From an uncultured virus (IMG/VR IMGVR_UViG_3300009502_000043) (taxonomy: Duplodnaviria > Heunggongvirae > Uroviricota > Caudoviricetes), in IMG/VR virus record IMGVR_UViG_3300009502_000043: a stretch of DNA of 64,000 bases; one strand, 5' to 3'. Of this stretch, positions 58,990-64,000 are shown piece by piece; the first letter of the stretch is position 1, and each line of letters opens with the position of its first letter. Under the pieces are notes generated by a model. It saw only the letters and a program-made list of their open reading frames with translations, made no database searches and was not told where the DNA came from. The position numbers and the translations under genes were made by a program.

Positions 58990-59532
58990 TAAAACATTCC
59001 GCCAATGTAGGCACCGAAATGACGGTTATATGCCATCTCCGTCATAGCCTTCCGGAATCCGCCGGGAAATTTGGATAAAGAAGTTTGGATTAAATTCCGA
59101 TATGTAACTTCATCCTACTCCCATCATGAAGTGTTTGAAAAAAGTAGAATATCAAACACAAAACGATATGGTTCTGCTCATAATATGAATGAAGATCATA
59201 TTCGCCTCGCTAAGGTACCCAGGAAGTATTTGAATAATCGAATATTACTGTAAAGTGCAAAAAAATGTTGGAATGATTCTTATGTGCACGTATTGCTTGA
59301 ATTTCAACAGTAAACCAATTAGATTTTTCGGTTATATTCCGCCAGTAGAATATCGGTTAGTCGTGAATTGCTTCCGATATATCTTATATCGCGGTCAAAG
59401 ATTGTCCGGTCAAGATTCGCGTATTCGCTTACAGTACCGACCGATCAAGTTTCGGAAATCATTTGGTTGAAAATTTTGAGTATCTTTAATATTTGAAAGT
59501 CTTACGACAGTAGAATATGCTCAAAATTTTTT
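58990..59532 (+). ncRNA. Candidate large structured non-coding RNA (unassigned)
   Basis: GC-elevated, no credible ORF, at least 10 local and long-range helices with G-U pairs favouring the + strand, repeated AGTAGAATAT hairpin module; lies between tmRNA and tRNA. Confidence 0.6.
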
Positions 59533-59768
59533 ATTTGGTAATTTATTAAAAGTTAGTGTGACGTTTGTTAAGTAATTTCGAGTTGCCGAATATTTTTGAT
59601 TTAGTCAAGAATTTCGTTCAAACAAACATTAGTTTTTGATTCTTTATAGGTGAGAGTCGAAAATGTGGACTGGTTCCGAGCCTCTCAGGAAAAAATCGGA
59701 AAATAATAAAATGTTTTCTGTTTCCATGGAAAAGAATACCAGCAATCAAGAAATTTCTTTTCCAAAAC

Positions 59769-59841
59769 TGTCTTGTGGTGTAATTGGCAACACGTCTGGT
59801 TTTGGTCCAGAAGAGTTCAGGTTCGAGACCTGATGAGACAA
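59769..59841 (+). tRNA. tRNA-Gln (anticodon TTG)
   Basis: Acceptor TGTCTTG/TGAGACA-A, D-arm GTGT-AATTGGCA-ACAC, anticodon arm TCTGG-TTTTGGT-CCAGA, T-arm TCAGG-TTCGAGA-CCTGA; CCA not encoded. Confidence 0.93.
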
Positions 59842-59911
59842 CGATTTTAGTGAATATAAGGTTAAAGGTTTAAAGGTTTAGTGATTATTTGGCTCATAAG
59901 AGCTTTGATTA

Positions 59912-59944
59912 AGAGGGAAGCAAAGCAATTTGTTTCCCTTTTTT
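59912..59944 (+). terminator. Intrinsic terminator closing the RNA cluster
   Basis: GAGGGAAGCAAA-GCAA-TTTGTTTCCCTT plus T run. Confidence 0.8.
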
Positions 59945-59959
59945 ATTTTATTCGTCAAT

Positions 59960-59987
59960 CCATATTGCCATAAAATACTGGATAAAT
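59960..59987 (+). promoter_or_regulatory. Putative phage promoter motif, exact
   Basis: CCATATT-N13-GGATAAAT. Confidence 0.75.
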
Positions 59988-60020
59988 ATATTAGTAACAA
60001 ATCACTAAAATCATATATAA

Positions 60021-60446
60021 ATGGAAGATAACGATTATATAATTCAAACACCAAAAGATTTCATTCTTGGTGGGAAAGCAAATTTCACTGTTGAAAATTC
60101 AATTACAAAAAACAGATTTACATATACAATCAATCAAAATAAGAAAGATAATAAAATGTATTTTGTTAAAGTAAGTTATGCTTATGGTGAATATATGTAC
60201 ATTGGAGCATTAATTAATACTTCTTATGGATTTAAATTTAAAATATCTGCGAAACTTATTGAAAGTGAAACACCACCATCTGTAAAAGTAATTGAATATA
60301 TTATCAAATGGTATCTGAACTTAGATCATCCTCATCAAAATATGATATTTTATCATCATGGACATTGTTGTAGATGTGGTAGAGTACTTACTACTCCAGA
60401 AAGTGTTATTAAAGGAATTGGACCATTTTGTGAAGGATTAGACTAA
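60021..60446 (+). CDS. DUF6011-like zinc-finger protein
   Basis: FILGG.A.FT..N..T..RFTY; C-terminal CCRCGRVLTTPES...GIGPFC. Confidence 0.75.
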   Translation: MEDNDYIIQTPKDFILGGKANFTVENSITKNRFTYTINQNKKDNKMYFVKVSYAYGEYMYIGALINTSYGFKFKISAKLIESETPPSVKVIEYIIKWYLNLDHPHQNMIFYHHGHCCRCGRVLTTPESVIKGIGPFCEGLD

Positions 60447-60458
60447 AAACATAAAATC

Positions 60459-60686
60459 ATGACAAATATAGAATTATACAAGATTCTTCTGAAAAGAATG
60501 ATTAAGAAATTATTTTTCGAAACATTATTAATTTTTAAAACATTATTTGTTGTTTTTTGGTTATATCTAACAGCTTATGCAATAATGCAATCAATTGAAA
60601 CACAAAAATCAAACTTATTGGGAATCATAATTTTAATTGATTTAATTGTTGCAATTTATTTTTTATTTATTAAAAAATCAAAATAA
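60459..60686 (+). CDS. small membrane protein
   Basis: 75 aa, two hydrophobic segments. Confidence 0.55.
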   Translation: MTNIELYKILLKRMIKKLFFETLLIFKTLFVVFWLYLTAYAIMQSIETQKSNLLGIIILIDLIVAIYFLFIKKSK

Positions 60687-60880
60687 TGATGACAAAAACA
60701 CAATTGAAAAAATTTCTTAATGAAGTTGCAGAAGAAATCAGAGTATTTGAAAGACCACATGCTGATAATAGTCAAATGATGTTTGATTTACTTTTAGATC
60801 TTCTTTTGAATAATAAAATTGAACTTGATCCTGAACCAGAAACAAATAATATTATAAATAATGGAAAACCTTTGCATTGA
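60686..60880 (+). CDS. small hypothetical protein
   Basis: 64 aa, overlaps neighbouring stop and start. Confidence 0.5.
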   Translation: MMTKTQLKKFLNEVAEEIRVFERPHADNSQMMFDLLLDLLLNNKIELDPEPETNNIINNGKPLH

Positions 60881-61466
60881 AGATCAATCAGCAAATTTAT
60901 GTGTTGAAGATCAATCACAAAATGAAGATATTTATATCAGTTGGAAAGATAAAAATAATATACAACAATTTGGAATTATTAAAGTTCCTGTTGATTGTGA
61001 TCATAATTTATTAGCACAACAAGTACGTCAATCTATAAATGATGAAAAATTTACTGAAAGAGGTATTACAATAATAAATTCGGCAGATATTGGTGAAAAT
61101 ACTTTGGAACATTTTCAAAGACAAATTGAACAACATAAATTAGGTAAAGTTGGAATAATTGGTGGTGGTTTAGGTCATTTAGGTATTGGTCATAGATATG
61201 CGGCAGAATCGCAACAAAATATTGATACTGTTGAATTAGTTCATGCTCCAGATGCTGCAAATGATTTAAAATCAACTTACATGCGAAATCCAGCATTTGA
61301 AAATCCACCAATATTAATAAGAAATTATCGTGAAGATTGGGGTGAAGATAATATTTTAGCTCAACCTTGGGCTGAAAAAATATTAGTTTCAAAACATATG
61401 TGTGATAGAAAACAAAAACCAAGATCACCAAAGAAAAAATACGCTAAAAATAAAAAACGCAAATAA
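60861..61466 (+). CDS. hypothetical protein
   Basis: 201 aa; N-terminal tandem NLC(I/V)EDQS, Gly-rich middle, basic tail. Confidence 0.6.
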   Translation: MENLCIEDQSANLCVEDQSQNEDIYISWKDKNNIQQFGIIKVPVDCDHNLLAQQVRQSINDEKFTERGITIINSADIGENTLEHFQRQIEQHKLGKVGIIGGGLGHLGIGHRYAAESQQNIDTVELVHAPDAANDLKSTYMRNPAFENPPILIRNYREDWGEDNILAQPWAEKILVSKHMCDRKQKPRSPKKKYAKNKKRK

Positions 61467-61467
61467 A

Positions 61468-61758
61468 ATGGAAGAAGCCAAATTATTATTCGAAAATCCA
61501 ACCAGTATGTCTGAATTAACATTAATGGTTGAAAAATTGTTATCATTTTATAGTTACAAAATATTATCAATAGAAGATATTCATTGTATTGGAAATGAAA
61601 TTCTTTTCAATATTCAGGTAGATTATAGCTTTCCACCAATTGATGTAATATTTGATGTATCTACCGGAATAATCAAAATACAAATGTATAATGATACTAT
61701 CAGTAGTGTAAACGATAATCAATTGTGTAGTGATTTCCTAAATGCTTATAACAAATAA
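61468..61758 (+). CDS. hypothetical protein
   Basis: Start moved to ATG 61468, just after the upstream stop. Confidence 0.55.
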   Translation: MEEAKLLFENPTSMSELTLMVEKLLSFYSYKILSIEDIHCIGNEILFNIQVDYSFPPIDVIFDVSTGIIKIQMYNDTISSVNDNQLCSDFLNAYNK

Positions 61759-61954
61759 TATGTTGTCACAAGATAAATACATTGATTTTGAAGAATATGA
61801 AATTCCAAAAGACAATTATTTCGACAGACATCGTTTGCCATTTGTAAATCATAATAAAATCAGACGAAATGTCTTATGTTCTTGTGGATCAGGATTAAAG
61901 TGGAAAAAATGTTGTTTTCTAAAACAAAATAATAATGGAAAAATTACTTCTTAA
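61742..61954 (+). CDS. SEC-C motif protein
   Basis: KIRRNVLCSCGSGLKWKKCC. Confidence 0.75.
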   Translation: MLITNNMLSQDKYIDFEEYEIPKDNYFDRHRLPFVNHNKIRRNVLCSCGSGLKWKKCCFLKQNNNGKITS

Positions 61955-62417
61955 TAATGAAGAATATCTTTGTATTGAAATACCTGAAAATGCTTATGAT
62001 TTCGAATCAAGAAGAAATAATGAAATCATATATGGATTGAAAGATTGTATTAATCCTTTAACTGGTAGTGAAAAGTCAGTTATTGTTAATTTACCAGATA
62101 TGAAATGGGGATTAATTATCAGAGAACATGAGATAATTGGAACTGTTAAAAATATTCTTATTAATCCTGAATTACAAAAGAAACTTAAAATCAATTCTTC
62201 AAATGAATTGATTAAAGCTTTGAATCTTCAAAAAATCATTTGTAAAACAATATATAGTAAACCAATAGTAAAAGATATTGGTCAAATGATTGGAAAATAC
62301 GCTCCAAGAAAAAAATTATTTTTTCAAAAATTTAATTTTTGGGTTGATCAACAAAGAAAATATCAACAAGCACCATACGATTTGTTTTTAGTTCGAATTA
62401 ATAAAATGAGATCATAA
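61935..62417 (+). CDS. hypothetical protein
   Basis: 160 aa ORF. Confidence 0.55.
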   Translation: MEKLLLNNEEYLCIEIPENAYDFESRRNNEIIYGLKDCINPLTGSEKSVIVNLPDMKWGLIIREHEIIGTVKNILINPELQKKLKINSSNELIKALNLQKIICKTIYSKPIVKDIGQMIGKYAPRKKLFFQKFNFWVDQQRKYQQAPYDLFLVRINKMRS

Positions 62418-62638
62418 TGTCAAAAAATAGTGGTAAATATGTCGAATATGAATTTGAAGGAAAAATTCAAAAAGGTTTAGTTGTTAATTCTGATCAAAGA
62501 GAAGAACAATTATCAAAAGGTAAAGTTTTCGTAACATTATTGAATGATGATTTTACCAATAAACTTGATATTAACGAGAAAAAAATAGTCATAATAAAAT
62601 CAGCTATTAATCTTAAAGTAATAGGATTCAGCGATTAA
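62417..62638 (+). CDS. small beta-rich hypothetical protein
   Basis: 73 aa, TAATG coupling to upstream gene. Confidence 0.55.
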   Translation: MSKNSGKYVEYEFEGKIQKGLVVNSDQREEQLSKGKVFVTLLNDDFTNKLDINEKKIVIIKSAINLKVIGFSD

Positions 62639-62651
62639 TATTTACATACTT

Positions 62652-63218
62652 ATGAAAAAGAAAAACGATTTTGTATTTATTTGGAAAAAGTTCTTTTGGG
62701 AAAGACTTGTATGGAAAAAACAATTTGAAAAAGTTTCATGTCAAATTAATAGTGGTAGATGTTTAAATTGTGATGGTGGAGAATTTCCAAAAGTTGAATG
62801 TGTTGTTTATGGTTGTCCATGTACTGAAGAACAATATCTGAAACGTATTAGTACGTCAAAATTAAAATTTAAGAAATTTGATGATCCAGAAATATTAAAA
62901 TCATCTGTAAAAAAATCAAAATACATTCGTTGTACTGTTTGTGATACTTTAATTAAAGAACATTTACCTTGTCAGAAATGTGAAAATTTATTAAATATTG
63001 CTATTGATAATATTATGATTGAAGCAGATTTACCACACAAAAAGAAATATATCAAAACAAAAAATATTGCTTTGATTTTGCTATTGATATGTTTTTTATC
63101 AACATCATCATGTAACAGAAAAATTTATGCAACTTCTGGAAAACATTCTTTTAAAGCATTAACAAACGATTCAGTAAATTATCAGTTAAGAAATAGAAAT
63201 AATTATTGGGGAAAATGA
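62652..63218 (+). CDS. Cys-rich hypothetical protein with C-terminal hydrophobic segment
   Basis: Several CxxC pairs; TM-like IALILLLICFL. Confidence 0.55.
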   Translation: MKKKNDFVFIWKKFFWERLVWKKQFEKVSCQINSGRCLNCDGGEFPKVECVVYGCPCTEEQYLKRISTSKLKFKKFDDPEILKSSVKKSKYIRCTVCDTLIKEHLPCQKCENLLNIAIDNIMIEADLPHKKKYIKTKNIALILLLICFLSTSSCNRKIYATSGKHSFKALTNDSVNYQLRNRNNYWGK

Positions 63219-63370
63219 AAACAAACTTTAAACAAATAAAATTTCGCAATTATAGTGCTGGAACTTATTTAATTTTTTTACTATCAATATTGTTTGGTTA
63301 TTATTTAATAGTCAAATTTCAGATCAATGTTTCAGAAGTAGTTGAAAAGTTTTTTGACGCATTTAATTAG
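63215..63370 (+). CDS. small single-TM protein (not in the ORF track)
   Basis: 51 aa MKTNFKQIKFRNYSAGTYLIFLLSILFGYYLIVKF...; ATGA overlap with upstream stop. Confidence 0.45.
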   Translation: MKTNFKQIKFRNYSAGTYLIFLLSILFGYYLIVKFQINVSEVVEKFFDAFN

Positions 63371-63375
63371 TTTAC

Positions 63376-63403
63376 CCATATTATTATATTTCCAAGGATA
63401 TAT
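63376..63403 (+). promoter_or_regulatory. Putative phage promoter motif, exact
   Basis: CCATATT-N13-GGATATAT. Confidence 0.75.
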
Positions 63404-63447
63404 GTATTATAATCATTGTTTAAACATTATACCTTAAAATATTTGAT

Positions 63448-64000
63448 ATGAGAAACAGAGTTATTTCGGTTGATGAAATGAATCAACATGTATTTAGTTT
63501 TAAATTATTAATTGAAACTTTATGCAAAGATGCTTCGAAAGGATTTCAATCTGTAAAGGAAAAATCATTAGCATCTTACTTTGAAACTGCGAAAGTTAAT
63601 CTTAATTATCGTGGACCTTTGATGGATTTTCTTAAAACTCAAAATTTTTTGATCACACAAAACGAAAAAGTTAATTTACGATATAAATTCGTTGAACCTG
63701 ATGTTAAAATTGATTCAGAAGTAATAGCAAAACGTGCTTGGAATATAATTTATCAAACAGTCAATCCAAGAGTACAAAGACAAAAAACAGTTAAACTTCA
63801 TAAAGAAGAAGAGTTCAAAGGAATTACTGAACAAGCAATTGCTAAAAATTATTACTTATCTGATGAAGTTTTCTTTTTGTATGAATCTGAAATTGCTTCA
63901 GGTCAGATTTTTGGAATGAGTTTTGCTTCAAATGGAGTTGAAATTAATACAGAAATAATGACATTTCAAATTGCAATTCCATCTATTGTTAAAGTTGATG
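63448..64000 (+). CDS. hypothetical protein, 3'-truncated
   Basis: MRNRVISVDEMNQH... open to the window end, downstream of promoter motif. Confidence 0.65.
   Translation, partial: MRNRVISVDEMNQHVFSFKLLIETLCKDASKGFQSVKEKSLASYFETAKVNLNYRGPLMDFLKTQNFLITQNEKVNLRYKFVEPDVKIDSEVIAKRAWNIIYQTVNPRVQRQKTVKLHKEEEFKGITEQAIAKNYYLSDEVFFLYESEIASGQIFGMSFASNGVEINTEIMTFQIAIPSIVKVD

Noticed and set aside
58715..59470. ORFs 58715-58951 (-), 59071-59253 (+) and 59255-59470 (+)
   Set aside because: They overlap the tmRNA or the structured element; the two plus-strand ORFs start at TTG/GTG and have codon usage unlike the phage genes.
58990..59532. RNase P RNA, group I/II intron, or minus-strand tRNAs (TGGCGGAAT on the minus strand)
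   Set aside because: No GAGGAAAGTCC-type P4 signature, no recognisable intron core or interrupted gene, and no T-arm or cloverleaf at the right spacing on the minus strand. Judged by eye only.
59842..59911. Theta (HDV-like) ribozyme in the tRNA 3' trailer; short AAGGTT(T)A triplication
   Set aside because: No nested double pseudoknot can be built; the repeat is short and low-complexity.
60861..60920. Tandem NLC(I/V)EDQS duplication at the start of ORF 60861
   Set aside because: A two-copy 27-bp in-frame duplication with no evident functional signal.
477..62194. Short minus-strand ORFs and alternative-frame plus-strand ORFs in the ORF track
   Set aside because: They overlap longer, coherent plus-strand genes or RNA genes, show no motifs, and look like shadow ORFs.
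1..64000. Stop-codon reassignment (alternative genetic code)
   Set aside because: Long conserved genes are intact in the standard code; TAA, TAG (e.g. 46791, 58439) and TGA (e.g. 55864, 57402) all end genes at sensible positions; no suppressor tRNA seen.

Overview
A 64 kb, very AT-rich and densely coding segment of a large T4-like (probably jumbo) dsDNA phage. Essentially all credible genes are on the + strand, in the standard genetic code. A Bacteroidota host is inferred from the tmRNA and tRNA-Gln style, the absence of Shine-Dalgarno motifs, FN3-like repeats and a BT4734/VirE-N-type primase. Recognisable genes: the end of an FN3-repeat fibre-like gene, a GH16 hydrolase, gp32-like SSB, UvsW-like helicase, clamp loader, dNMP kinase, RNase H/FEN, large terminase, secreted NucA-type nuclease, split type II topoisomerase, an intein-containing primase/SF2-helicase, a ThyA homologue, a fused Mre11-Rad50, class II RNR, an SLT-like lysin, a dCMP deaminase-DHH fusion, NAD-dependent ligase, DinG-like helicase, tmRNA and tRNA-Gln. 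Most notable: (1) an unassigned, highly structured ~550 nt non-coding element with repeated hairpin modules between the tmRNA and the tRNA, followed by two smaller folded elements; (2) a fixed-spacing motif CCATATT-N13-GGATA heading about 18 intergenic regions, a probable phage-specific promoter; (3) the ThyA homologue carries the Asn-to-Asp change linked to dCMP rather than dUMP specificity, suggesting cytosine modification; (4) an unusually long tmRNA tag. All calls come from reading motifs by eye; no searches or folding programs were run.
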